64,000 nt of DNA from Albugo candida (lineage: Eukaryota). A program made the translations under genes and the position numbers. Below the pieces are notes generated by a model. The model made no database searches. It was given only the letters and a program-made list of their open reading frames with translations, and was not told the origin of the DNA. The stretch spans positions 434,001 to 498,000 of the forward strand of contig JBDOQK010000017.1 of the NCBI GenBank assembly GCA_040437565.1, given 5' to 3'. Shown here in pieces: positions 25,281-39,049 of the stretch (positions within the stretch are counted from its first letter, which is position 1; every line of letters starts with the position of its first letter).

Positions 25281-27749
25281 TAGTTGAGTACAAAACACGG
25301 TGAATATGGAAGAAAGCACCAAATGCAATGATTCCTATGGCATATACTTACAAAATGTCTCGAGGAGAGCGATTGAAATCAAGGATAATTCAACATATGT
25401 CGCCTGTGGCGCTTAGAAGGTCCGCTTCGACATTTGACGATGGGATGGGCAACAATTAAGGAGGAAGAAAGTACTGTACGTGAATTGAAATCGTGCAAGT
25501 AATTGGAATGTCTTTGTTGAGAGCGAGAGCTTCCATCCAATACAAAGAGCAACGACACGGTATAAATTAGACAAATTACAATGGTTCTAGGCTCGATACA
25601 GGCGACAAAATCAAATGCGCTTATACATTTCCAATTCTCTGTTAATGCCAGAAAAATTGCATGTTTCTACTTCGTGATAGCATCAACGAACAGGATGCGT
25701 GGTCTCTGCGTGTCATATCAATATCAATAGCAAAAACTGAGGCTCTTGCTCAGGTCGTAATGAGCAATATGGTGCGGCTTTATAACGCGCAGCGGATTGA
25801 CTCTCGCGTCAAAACTGACAGTGATGAAAAAAGTACGAATCATACAGGATGCTCAAAACCATTCCATTGCAGCTCAATCAATTTAGGCAATCGCTACTGT
25901 AGGGGTAACGAATAGACGATTGTCGCTGGGTAAGTACGCGATAAGTTGACTATCATCACGTCAAGGTGGAGAAATTACGTATGTAACGACGTTTTATAGC
26001 ACTGCATCGAAAGGATTCTATCAGTGCAATCTAACAAACCTACTCTGAACGGGACGGATGAATTTGAGACAGGTAGTATATTCATAGCTGATCAACAGCC
26101 ACTCCGAACCATGTTATAAGAGTAAAAAGAGCTTCGTTTAACGAGGCGATCCATTATACACACCCAAATATATGGGAGATTGCAGCATAAGCTGGATAGC
26201 ATATTCAAACGAGTGACAGATGTATTACAAAATAAAAACTCGGCAGTGTGGTTGACCTGCACAACAAGACATTATTCCAGTTACTTTCAACTTGACCATT
26301 TTGTCTAGAGGCATATTTGCTTTTGTTTCATGTGTGTCACAATGAAAATTTGTAAAAGAGTATCACATATTCAGACACACGAACAGGTATCAGGCTTTTC
26401 TGGAGAAAGTATCCTGCCACACATGTATTAAATTTCAAGGAGTCAGAATGATAATAAAAAGTCTCAACTCACAATGTTACAAAGCGCTGTCCAAAGAAAC
26501 AAAGCGGTCTAAATCGTTTATTTTTGTGGCACCAATTGAAATCCTCTAGCGCNNNNNNNNNNNNNNNNNNNNNNNNNNNNNNNNNNNNNNNNNNNNNNNN
26601 NNNNNNNNNNNNNNNNNNNNNNNNNNNNNNNNNNNNNNNNNNNNNNNNNNNNATGTATTAAATTTCAAGGAGTCAGAATGATAATAAAAAGTCTCAACTC
26701 ACAATGTTACAAAGCGCTGTCCAAAGAAACAAAGCGGTCTAAATCGTTTATTTTTGTGGCACCAATTGAAATCCTCTAGCGCTTTCCATTCAAATATTTA
26801 CGGGGAAGTTTGTATGATTTTTTTCAGTTAAAGGTGTGATGCATTTGAACTTGAGATCAAAAAATGCTAATTAGGCCAGTCAACAAACGGTGCTCGAAGC
26901 AAGCTTATTTATGAAGAGATAAGTAGAAATTCGGGGACGTGAAGTACTATAAACGAATCTCTTCTAGGACAAGACGTATTTCCAGCTCATTTTGATAATT
27001 AGTATTACTAAAAGCGGGTAAGAAATGTCGTTATTACTTAGCAATTTCCATGGCTAATTTTTAGAAAAATGACTGATGGAAATTNNNNNNNNNNNNNNNN
27101 NNNNNNNNNNNNNNNNNNNNNNNNNNNNNNNNNNNNNNNNNNNNNNNNNNNNNNNNNNNNNNNNNNNNNNNNNNNNNNNNNNNNCAATTTCCATGGCTAA
27201 TTTTTAGAAAAATGACTGGTGGAATTTCCATCTTCGCTCACTTCAAATCCTCTGTTGTTCATTGACGGAGACCGATAGGACGACCAATTTGACTTGTATT
27301 ATCATCATAATTCATCTCGTGCAATCATCCTTCAAGCATAGCTGGAGTATATAAGAAGGCGCTTGACGTATCCAAACATACTAAGAGAAACCAATATCGG
27401 CAGTGTACAAGAAATAAACTTCCGAGTTCTGCGTAAGACAACCAGCAAACTTCAATTCTTCAGCTTGTTCACTAGTGAATTCGACGAAGCTACTTTGCTG
27501 CAAACAGGCCATTTGTTTCTCATCGACTCCGAGCTGAACGGAGTCAAATGACTAAGCTGATGAGGCACCACTCCAAGCTTACAGGGGTATGTTGAATTCA
27601 GGGAGGCCATGAATCAACAGTAATAGTATACTTTGTCACTTTTTTAATCGTCCGTGGGTCTTTTCTATTCCTTTTCTTTGCAGTGAAAGTCCTTGGAATG
27701 TAAGGGCGGTGCTCAGAGCAGAAATTGCTCGGCAATTTCTACAATCTGC

Positions 27750-29274
27750 GGCATTTTTTATCTTGATAACAGGACATAGTATCTCGAAATATTTTGTTTG
27801 ACTTCTGGGATGGCGTCAGAAGCATCAAGTAAAGACGAATGCGCTGTGATCGTCTGAATGTTTAATCTTATATGACTTTTCTTGCACACACCGAGCGCAT
27901 CTTCATTGCTAAAAGAATGTGTGGTATAAGATCACACAAGTACTCTTAAACGGATCGTTATACGGCAAATATAGCAAGCGACGATGCGATTCAATATTTA
28001 TATTATGCTTACGAAGGTATACAAGGCACTCGACGATTGAAGCAGGTTTGCATTCGTACATCTTTCACAAGAATGATTGAGTTCCGCACTCGTTAGAATC
28101 ATCGTAAGAGTAGGTGATAAGTCAAACATTACTCGAGAACTACCTGGTGTATGATTGAGCTGGAAGTGAATACAGCGCTCAGTTTCATTAAACTTCGATG
28201 TGAGCATCAAACACTTAAGCTTTATTCCCATCATAATTTCAAGTGCACCATTCATTTTTGTTGCGACTTTATCTATGTGGACGGCTTTTCGACATTCTTC
28301 TTGCGGCAACCTGGATCAGTATATGGATGACTTCACTAGGTTGAAGCTGTTCTTTACTGGCACAAAAATGATTTGATTGTAATCGCTCAGCAGACTTCGA
28401 TGTAGTCGAAAGGTAGTGCCCAATATCCGGCAACCAGCTGGGTCCCACACAAGAATTTCGTGACAAAATCTATCGTGGCGATTTTTTCGGATAGATTCGG
28501 ATTGATAATGACTGGGAAAGACGCACTTCTCAGCTGATTGGTTTCTTGAATTGGTGATCAAATAATACGTACGAATAGCAAGCCTTTTACTAAGCAAGGC
28601 TAAACACTCTCGGCACACGGCCACTTTTTTTTGGTGAAGATAAAACCATCGAATCGACGAGTCAATAAAGATTTCATCTTGCGTGTTTTTACTAGAAACT
28701 TTGGTCCTCAATGTCTCATTTGGGTTTGCAACAAGTATCTGAGCTTGCTTATCATAATGTAATTCTTGCATTATCAATAATTGTTTCCTGATGTACGCCT
28801 CAAGTTGTCGATGTAGTTATCCTGAATATAATATCTTTTCGGCAATTCGACTTGTGAATTTCAGAGAGCGCCCAATCAAAGATATTTTCTCGAGATTCAT
28901 CGTTTCTGACCTTACTACGATGATGCGTTGCTGACCGTCATTTCTTGGCAAAGCATCCAAATTATATGACTGAGATCATTGAGCCGAAAGGATACTATCG
29001 GCCATTTTGTTACAATAACATACGAAGGCTTTGGCGATGTCACTGTTCCCTTCTATCCAATATACTCTCTCTGGCGAATTGCCCTTCAGCAAACAGATCT
29101 GAGTAATTTCCACTACCCTCACGATGCATTCATGACACAATTCGATACTTTTACTTTGAAAGAGGCCACATGAAGAATGCCTGACATTAGAAATTCATGC
29201 CTTTTGTGTTTGACACTTTTCGTTGACAAAAACGTGACAAGAAAATGTGCGTGAAAAACGGTTGATGTTCGCAT
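27750..29274 (-). pseudogene. CHxC/CCG-type effector pseudogene
   Basis: Signal-like MRTSTVFHAHFLVTFLSTKSV (ATG 29274), then a frameshift, then one frame containing LCHECIVRVVEITQICLL (CHEC at 29126-29137). That frame continues through ORFs 28316-28777 and 27998-28309 with isolated stops and repeated CxxC units (CRECL, CERC, CYIC). Confidence 0.7.
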
Positions 29275-29299
29275 TGTTACGTTTATGAGAGGAGGGGTA

Positions 29300-31800
29300 G
29301 ATGTAGCCCGGTTGTGATTGGTTGTTCCAAAGTATGATAGGGTTGCAGTGTGAATGCAACTTGAGTGAAAGCATTCAGATTTGGAAGGGTGTCGCTGCAG
29401 CGACACCTGTGGCTCTGGATTATGTAGAACCTGACACATTCATCTTTATGCGTGACCGAACATCTACTTCCCGGGTACGTTGCAAATACGGTGCTTNNNN
29501 NNNNNNNNNNNNNNNNNNNNNNNNNNNNNNNNNNNNNNNNNNNNNNNNNNNNNNNNNNNNNNNNNNNNNNNNNNNNNNNNNNNNNNNNNNNNNNNNCGGT
29601 TGTGATTGGTTGTTCCAAAGTATGATAGGGTTGCAGTGTGAATGCAACTTGAGTGAAAGCATTCAGATTTGGAAGGGTGTCGCTGCAGCGACACCTGTGG
29701 CTCTGGATTATGTAGAACCTGACACATTCATCTTTATGCGTGACCGAACATCTACTTCCCGGGTACGTTGCAAATACGGTGCTTATACTACTTGAAGAAG
29801 CATTATCTGAATGCAACATTAGAATATTCGGCACCCATAATTGATATTTAAACGCTTGTACGTTAATAGGCAATTCCAGGCTTGATCGCCCAACAACACT
29901 TGTTCACCTCTTTCATAATTGTATACAAAGAAAGAAGCTGGGTCAAACGTGGTTTAGATTCCTGGTATTTTCGAAATTGCGCATCTTGCCAATTTCTGAA
30001 TGAATCCTACCGTCTACTTTCATAGATTGATGCTAAAACTGTGATTTACACGTTCAACCTATGAAAAACATGCAATTTTTACACTAATCGTGTGATTGAA
30101 GTCAAAAGTACTGGTTTGTTGTCGCACATTTGTGGTCGAGAATCATCCTCCCGAAGAATTGGATCATATGCTCGATTTCTCCAGCATACTGGTTTGTTAT
30201 ACATTTCCTGTAGAAATATGACATAGGGTACGACTACCATTGAAGGTATAGACAAAAGCTTTGTGAATAAATAAAGAAAAACCATTTCAAGAAGCTGAAC
30301 TGTAGCGTTTGATCTCAATCTACAACAAGTATTCTCACATCTTGTACCGAACTTTGAGTATATTGTTTTATCTATATAATTCTCTCTTTGCGGGGTATGG
30401 AGGTGAATTACTTGGGATTTTGTTTACGCGTTGTCTCCGCCTACAAAATACACACTTGGCAGCATCACATAGTTCTCGAGATTTACTTCCTTAAACTCAT
30501 GAGGGAGAGTCATTAGCCCTGTTACATATCTTCTCTGCATTAAAGGAAGAATAAGGCACTATGAATCATTGTTCGTGGTTCTTTTCATTTTGTGTGTATC
30601 ATTGAGAGTTTTATCTTGAAAAAGAAACCTTCAATTGGCAAAGGTATAAATATAAAGTATCTTCATGCGAAACGATGGTTTCTTTCTAATTGGTACATTT
30701 GATAATCAAACTAGATCAAAATCATTAGTAATATTAAGCAGAATAGAATGCAGTAACGTCTCTTGTGTTCAATACGGTAAATTTAGCCAACTTCTTGATG
30801 TTCTCATCACTGAGATATAGTATTCAACTTCAGTAAAGCTTTATTCACTTGTGAAAAGCATGTTACAAGTTCTGTACTGCTACTTGTAGGAGATATAAAG
30901 ATCATCTTGTTCAGCTATCAAGTTCAACGAAATGTATATTCGTCATATGATTTTAATTCGATACGATCGATATTTGAATGAGAGTGAAGTGAGTTAAAAC
31001 TCGGATTCAATGCATCGAATTGGGTTGTGAGAACGATAATGATGTATATGTAGAATACACTCAAGTCAAAGAAAACCATAAAGAATAATCGGTACTCTTT
31101 CATTTGTCAATTTCTTTACGCGGTTGCCCTTGATCGTTGATTTCAAAGAGAGGATGAAAGGTGCATTTTAAGTGTATTGGAAGGATGTGAAAAGTATCCA
31201 CCTTCCATCGTGTCATCACATTTACAGATGGACTGATAAGGAGTAGCACCTACTATGGTTTGTAGCCTTTAAAGCTTTTACTTTTCCCAAAAGATCACTT
31301 GATATTTCATTTAGCTTCATTCTACGACGGCTTGTGCTTCTCGTTTAGCAGTCGATAGGTAAGTATCAGCTAAGTTACACCAATACTTTTTTAGTAAGTC
31401 TCGATGAGCGGACAATGAGATGAAAGTCGCACGAAGTCGAAACATTATAGACAAAAGGAAAAAGTGAGATTTTTGACATCACATACATCAGGCTCACAGT
31501 ATTTATTCCTGCATGATTGTTGGCAGCATCACACCCTCCATTACAGCACAACTTGAAGTGAAGCAAGGCCATTCTTTTTCAGCATTAATTTTTTTTTGAT
31601 AAAGATCAGAAATTTAGATAATGGATTTGTCAACGTGAACAAGATGGCATTTAGATCAAATGAATGAGTTTCGCGACAGGACCACCTTTCGATTACGAAT
31701 CGCCGTTGATTTCGAAAGCTCCAAATGAAGTTATAACGATACCTAAACTCGTCCAAGTCTTTGCGATGGAGCTGGTGCGAAACTCAACTTGATGAAATCA
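29300..31800 (-). pseudogene. Possible second, heavily decayed Cys-rich effector-like gene
   Basis: Scattered coding-like fragments with Cys motifs (FCL*CF, AWNCLL, KCVFC) spread across frames. No clear start. Confidence 0.2.
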
Positions 31801-31910
31801 TCCGTGCTCTNNNNNNNNNNNNNNNNNNNNNNNNNNNNNNNNNNNNNNNNNNNNNNNNNNNNNNNNNNNNNNNNNNNNNNNNNNNNNNNNNNNNNNNNNN
31901 NNNNNNNNNN

Positions 31911-32265
31911 TATTGTGAGAAATGATGGAATAGGAACACCATCTCCGATCCATTCGACTCCTTTCCTCTCTCAAACGGGAACAAACGTCTGGCCTGCTTA
32001 CGAAAAAATAGCTTTTGTCGAATTCGCAAGTGCACAGTCCGAACAATTGAAATGTGCAGACTGTCTTGTCCAGCATTCGGAAGTATTTTTCGTTTACACT
32101 TCTGGCAATGGTTTTTCTGGATATGTGTGGATGCATCAAGCCCCCGCTCATATTTTTCTAGACTGCTTGAGAACGTTTTGCATAAGCCTTACTTATGATG
32201 ATCGACAAAGCTTCATTGACCGTCCTATCGGTCTGCGTCAATGTAATACACACGACATAAAGTAG
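31911..32265 (+). CDS. C-terminal fragment of a CCG/CHxC-like effector (5' part in gap), or pseudogene
   Basis: Open frame from the gap: KCADCLVQHSEVFFVYTSGNGFSGYVWM...FLDCLRTFC. The CxxCL unit resembles those in the 27.7-29.3 kb relic. Confidence 0.5.
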
Positions 32266-35200
32266 CTTAAAGGGTAAGCAATAATGCTTTTGAGAATAAA
32301 CATACTCGTCTGTCATACTACATCCTGTAAAAAAACGAGATACTTCGTGCTTGATACTTATGTCTTGTGGCGGACTTAGTGCACCAGCAAGTTCATCGAA
32401 CTTTCTCTGTTGTAAAATCAGGATTAGCCAATCGAATAGACATAAGCCAGGAAATTTACATCTGACCCATTCAGCATTCCTTCACATCGCCAGACCTCAC
32501 TCTTAATTGCCTCTGCATCATGAAAATGAAAGCGAATATGATTTTATCGGACCTAAGCACTCTCATTCCTTATACAGCTTCTTTTTTACGGTGATTCTGC
32601 ATCGCTCCGATGTAAAACCCTGATACTCCAAGGGTATGCTTTCTTTGACAATGTCGGCGTAAAACTAGATAAAATTAGGACATCAATCAATTGTGTGGTA
32701 TAATACATGAAAGATTCATGTTTGATGGCCAGCTACTGTTTCGGAATTCGTATCATTAGGGTATGTTAGATATCAGAAAAAAAAGAAAGAAGGTCGCGAT
32801 TCTGTCATACCGACCATGTTAGACGCATATTGCATGTGAAATCGTGTCAGTACTACGGTCGACATGGAAAGATTATCAGCGGATTATATCAGATTCGTCT
32901 AGATGAATCAAGACCAAAAGTCCGACAGTTCTAGCGCTTTCCGTGATCTACACCACGAACAATGCGCACGTTCGTTACTTTCGATGGCATTTACACGATC
33001 AGGACTAGCTTATTCAGCATGCAATGTTGCTGAATCAACTTACAAGTCAAATAACATTTGTTTGTTTTCTAAGTTGTCGACGATCATTCTTGCGGATATG
33101 GCAGCGGCATGTCGAAATGCAATTACAACCCGAACCCAAATTCTTTGATCAGCATAGTCTGACGAACACCAACTGTTATAGAACGGTATTCTGGACATTA
33201 TTATTTGTTACAAAATTGACACGGTCGAATATTGTGGTGGAGCGCAAAAAGGTATGTTTTCAACTCAGATAGGTATATCAATGGAACGTTTTTGTACGCA
33301 GATTTTCTTCTTGAAATATTTTGAAAGGTCAGTCTGAATTTAGTAATATAGACACACATATACCTTCTAACAAGTGCTTTAGCACCCATCATATATTCAA
33401 AGTAAATACAGTTACGTTCGTCTAGCCTTACATCTATGATCAGCAGTTTCATAGTAGTCCACATTTATACGACAAAAATGTATATGCCTATTCTACAGAA
33501 GTCCAATATGCGACGTAATAGAAAAAGTATTCCTTAATTTTCATTTTATCTAGGTGCTTTATAATGATTACTGTCAATCAGTCTCTTTTGATTTTTCATA
33601 ACGAAACTCAATTGAAGATGTGAACACACGAGGTCTTTATATTTCAAATGACTTGAATTTAAATGGTTATTCTCATATATATACACCACAAAATGCGCTT
33701 AACTATTCCCTTTCTTCTTAAAGTTAACGCAGATATTCGTCTACAGCCATATCAGGCTGCATGTTCATTATAAGAGGTTACATTACTTTCTAGACTGATG
33801 AATTTGGTTCGGTGATTTCCGGTCAGCGCAAATCAGTACCTCATGAACCATTTTGAATCGATAACACTTTTGGATAGCCAAAGTACCTGTATGCGGCTAT
33901 TCAGCGCCAGTACTATGACTTGTACGCTGGCTATCAAAATTCTATGTCCAGTCATACTTTCATATCAAGATAATGCATCAGTGGTTGATTGACAATTCGT
34001 TGGCGATCACACAGAATTTCTGTCGAAAGAGAAGAAATGTTCAGTATGCTCCGTTGAAATCTGGTGACGACAACAAAATCTGATCAATATCTTATTAGAG
34101 AGAGAAGCGACGACGCGGTGAATACCGATCCAAACATGCCGTAGACTAAAATTGATAATTTCTGAAACTCATGTACTTAAGATTTGATAATTTGCAGCAT
34201 GATTCGCATTCGATGCAGTACAAACTACAAAGTATCAGATCTCAGTGAGATATTTACTAGTAATTGTATTTTGTGAACCCTGTATACTTTTTCCTACACT
34301 CTTTCTTAGCAGCAAACAAATCAAGACGACACAACAAGACGGATATTGTCAAAGTGGAACGCATACATTGGGCAATTCACACAATTATTTGTCTTATATA
34401 CGTTTACTATTTTAAACTACGATATAGAACTCGTACTCATGGAAAGGTCAGAGAAGCGTTGAATCGGACAATCTAGTATAGCTCTGATGATACAATATCT
34501 TAACCGTATACCAACAAATATGATATGCGGATCTGAGTTTGAGAAATTGTGAACCAGGATTACACAAGTATCAAATCACCCACAAACCAAGATTTCAAAA
34601 CGTTGAAATATATACTGTGGAATCGTTTCCTGCATTTTTAAAGGGTGGGACAGCTCTTCATTCACATAGAGGACGAGCGAACCTGGTTTCCTCACGGTTC
34701 AAACGCAGTAAATAGGATACTTTCCAAATCGTAACCTGAATGGAAATCACATCTCTGCTATCAGTGGGCAAGATGAAGCGGGCAATTTATTTATACATTC
34801 CATGAGTTTTGAGCAAAACTACTCACAGAAAATGGAATAGAGAATACAACAATGGCGCCACAAGAATTCTTTATGTCAGTAATACCAAGCATAATGAGCC
34901 TTTCTTAATTGGCACTGCAGCGAGATCGCTGTGATCGACCACGACCAAGTAAATGTAAAGCGTCACGCGATCACATTGCTGATGTGACTCGTGGTATCGC
35001 AGCCATCCTTTAATAAGCGCCCGTTTTTCTGGAGGTTGCGTGAATCTATTTAGTAAACGTACGGTTTTCTATCGGCATCTTTAATGTTAAATGTTCATAG
35101 TATCAGTATCTGCAAGGAATTATTAAATTCCCTTAGCTGTAGTTGTCTACATTATTAGAATTAGGCAAATTAGAATAAGGAACTGGTTAGGCTTTCTTTT

Positions 35201-35379
35201 AAATTAAATATATATTGCAAAGAACGTTTCATGAGAAAAACTTTCTGTGAGAGATGATAACATTTCTTTTCGCTGATAGTGCCGAATTCCCTAATTGGTT
35301 ACCTCCACGCTAGGCTGAACATAGCCATTAAACTATATACGAGGAGTAGCTACCGCTTCAAGTAGTCGCTTGCACTACT

Positions 35380-36700
35380 AATCTGGTTCTTCTACTATCT
35401 TCCTTATCCTATCACTAGCCCTTCACCGTGTGAAAAGCATGCAAGTTTTGCTTCAAACCTGGTGAAAAAGATATCTTTCAAGCTTCCGCTTGGCTGGACT
35501 TAAATCGTTGCCCAAATCGGGTATTAAGCAACGACACCAAACGAGGGAGTCTGCACGCTCGAACTGCCGGAGCTAGGGTGGTCGCCTGGATGAGCCGCCA
35601 TGCAGTTCCTGAGACCAAGAATGCAACAGCTACTCTTGAAAGACTTCTTGCAAGATGACTTTGAGGATATTTGCGTGACGTCTTTCGTCATTTTTGCTCA
35701 AACCCTTGGTGCTCAAGGAAATACTCTACTCGATGCTTGTAAAACTTTTAAGAAAATCTGTACGAAATATACAATTGATTACAAAATAACTTGTTGTTAA
35801 TCGTGAACGACATGTACCTCTAGGATAGCAAGACATTTTTCTGATTTTGGGCCAAACAGAATCGGTCAAATATTTCTTGTGAATTCCTATTACACTAGAT
35901 CCAGTAAGCTTTCTACTGGAACGCTCAAATAGCAATAAACGTAAAGAGTGAGAAAGCTGACAATCCAAGTGGGCTGCGCTTGTAATCTAAACATAAAAGA
36001 GTTAGGGATAAGTTTCTTCTCACAAGAGTTGCATCTTTTCCGAGGGGCGCATGTATATGGTTTAGTTTATCTTAATAGAATATTTTGCAAGTCATCAAAC
36101 AAGGAAAAAAAAATCAATCATCAGACGCTGAAAAACCATGCACCTTATTCGGTGACATTTTCTTATTCCAGCGTATACTCAACTAGCACCAAGCTCAGTC
36201 CAAGAAAGCTTCAAGTGGCGCCAAATCTGTGTCACAAACGCCACTGTTAACTCAAATTGAATGAAACCAAACTGTATTAATGGATTTTTTGATATTTAGC
36301 TATCACGCTAAATTTGGATATCTGAACGTGAACGACATTTAAATGATATCGAAACAGATCTCATTGACGCCAAATCAGATTTAAATTGGTCCACGGATAC
36401 GACAACATTTTTCACCTTTGAGAAAAATCAACTGAAATATCGGGGAAAATTTCGTTGAAGTGAATCACTTCTCGGTTGGCCGGATAGTACGCATTTAACG
36501 GATTAATTAGAACAACTTCGAAATACGCTAAGGTCAAATATTTCTCCTGTCTGAATAAATCCTTTAAATTGTCAGTTTGAAATAAGTAACTGGTCTAACT
36601 TGAGCCGACGTGAACCGTGTCAAGTGAACCGAAAACATGTTGACGATTTGGTTGTCAATACATTAACCTCATGTTATGACGTAGAAAGTAATTCGTAAGA
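35380..36700 (+). pseudogene. Decayed orphan gene remnant (possibly secreted protein)
   Basis: Hydrophobic IFLILSLALHRVKS near 35400, and a ~130-codon frame (36312-36698) broken by only three internal stops. Confidence 0.2.
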
Positions 36701-39049
36701 TCTCAAATATGATCAGGAAGGTTGTACCCATTTCCTTCTGACAGGAATGCGGTTATATCCAAACTTCCGGATCTGTGTAAACAGGATGCTTGGAAAAAAT
36801 GCAGTATCGTGTTTAGCTTAGGGATCTTGAGTTTTAGGGTATATAAGATATCCGTGCAACTGGAAGGGTCGATCTTGGATGATAAACTATAAAGAGAGAT
36901 ACCTTTCAAAGTCTAAGCGGCAAATTTTCTCATGGTTTGGTTCTGTTTTCGCACAAAGCTTCCAGAAAATTCCGAGCGGGAAAGAATAATATCGATTCGT
37001 TAGAAATATCAGATTTTGTAAAGCTCTGGCGGCTACATTCGGATGACGTTTGCGGCTGATAATACATGTAAGCAGCTAGAATGTACGCCCGTACTACTAC
37101 GAGGGCATACTTGTTTTATTGATATACGATTCTCTCGAATCCAAATACCATATTGCATTCGACACTTACAGAGAAGCTATCTCGGAAAGGAAGTCGTGAT
37201 GTTGACGTAGATCATGTGTGAGAGTACTGCATACGCGAAGATATCTTACCTTGTGACAGGAAAAAATACTCGAAAAGGCTCAAAACGACTTCTGATTTTG
37301 TCAACATTGTCTTTAATGCTTAGATTTAACTTAGAAAGATGCGTCTGCAGGGTCGGAGACTGCTACCAAAAGCATCCATGTCGGTCCAATAAAATATAAA
37401 CTTTCCGTTTGATATCGTAATGTAGTGCTCCAGAGAGCTTTGAACGAAATGATTTGGATAAAGTTTATTGGGGCTACAATATTCCCAGACTTCCCAAGAA
37501 ACATTTGATGTGACTTTATATATCTAGTAAATCAAAGGCACCTGCTGGTGTACTGACGATGTAATTGGTTTGAACAAGATTAAAGCATCACTCCATGAAG
37601 AAATATCAACAAAAAATTGCAATGCTACTACATCGTGCGGTTTTCTGATTTCTTCGCCAGAAATATTTCTCGTTGATTTCTTCATATTACAGCGGAGCTA
37701 GAAAGCTTTTTAATCAGGCGCATTGAAAAATATTGAAGCCATCCCACTAAAAAGCCGATGTCAATGAACGTGGCTGCATCTATGGATCGGACCGGCTTTA
37801 TCAATCACATCAATCAGCGGTTGAGAATGCAAAGCGTCAACAAGAATTATTGAAGTAGGACAGACTATGGAATTGATAACAACGCTCCAGCGATTCAGTA
37901 GAAGTATAATCTTGTTCGTGCTTACTCTATCTTACACATGTGGGAAAACCTATACAGTATTGTACCAGCCCATACAAGATCATCGAAGTGAATCGTAAAA
38001 ATTCCGTTACTATAGAAAATACTTCTATAATGCATCTGAACGAAGGATAGAAAGCTGATGAGGCGGTGTACTTAGTTTTATCCGCGGAGTGTTTTGTATG
38101 TACAGAAAAGCCTGCTGAACCTCTAGCATTTGCCAATCAAGTAACACGTCGCATGGGTGGCGAAATATCTCAGAAGAGATGTCTAATGATTAGAAGATTG
38201 GATATGGTGTAATCATACCCCTATAAACATTACGCAAGTCAACTTAAGCAAAAAAAGGGTTTGCATCAATTGAGTTGATTTTCATGTCCACAGCACCTAA
38301 TATTTACATGATCAATCATTAGGTTCAGTATGTCAACCAGGCGTCATTAACTCGGATTGCAGACTATCATTTAGAATAATGCGTTCAAATAAAACCCTTC
38401 TATTGATTTGATAAGAGGTTTGGTGGTAGAAGGGGTCTGGAGGGAAGTACTTCTACTTCACGGAGAGTAGTAAAGCACTCTGTATATCATTAACTGACTG
38501 TAAAGTTAAATTGATAGCGGAGTCGGTCTATCGTAGGGCTGAGGTCTTTCAGTCATTTCGAAAATAAGCAACATCTTCGCACTCTTGGTGCTTCATTGCG
38601 AATGGATTTGTAGGAACTTTTTTTAACCTCGCCATTTAGTTACCTTTTGCGCCTCTCGGTAGTACCGATTATGGGCAACTCATAATCACATTTATAGGAG
38701 TGTTCATCTTTTTTGTACGAGAAAGAAGCTTCACGAACATCAATCAAGTAGAATAATTTCAGGTCAAAGAAACAGATAGCAATACACATCATCCACAGCG
38801 AAGTAATTCTTCTATTTTCATCGCTCGGACGTACTGATGGAACAGCCTATGGTGAATACATTAAGAGAGGGTTTCAAAAGCTCTACTTGTATTTGCGTCT
38901 TTTTCTTTATCTTCACAGATGTACATCAAGAATTTATATGTACCGCGTGAAGGCCGAGACACACTTGATGCAGCAGTTGAGTGGAGTATTCCGGAACGAC
39001 TAAGTCGGTTAGGGTGTTAGCATGACTTCGAGGCTGGGTGCTGTCGACA

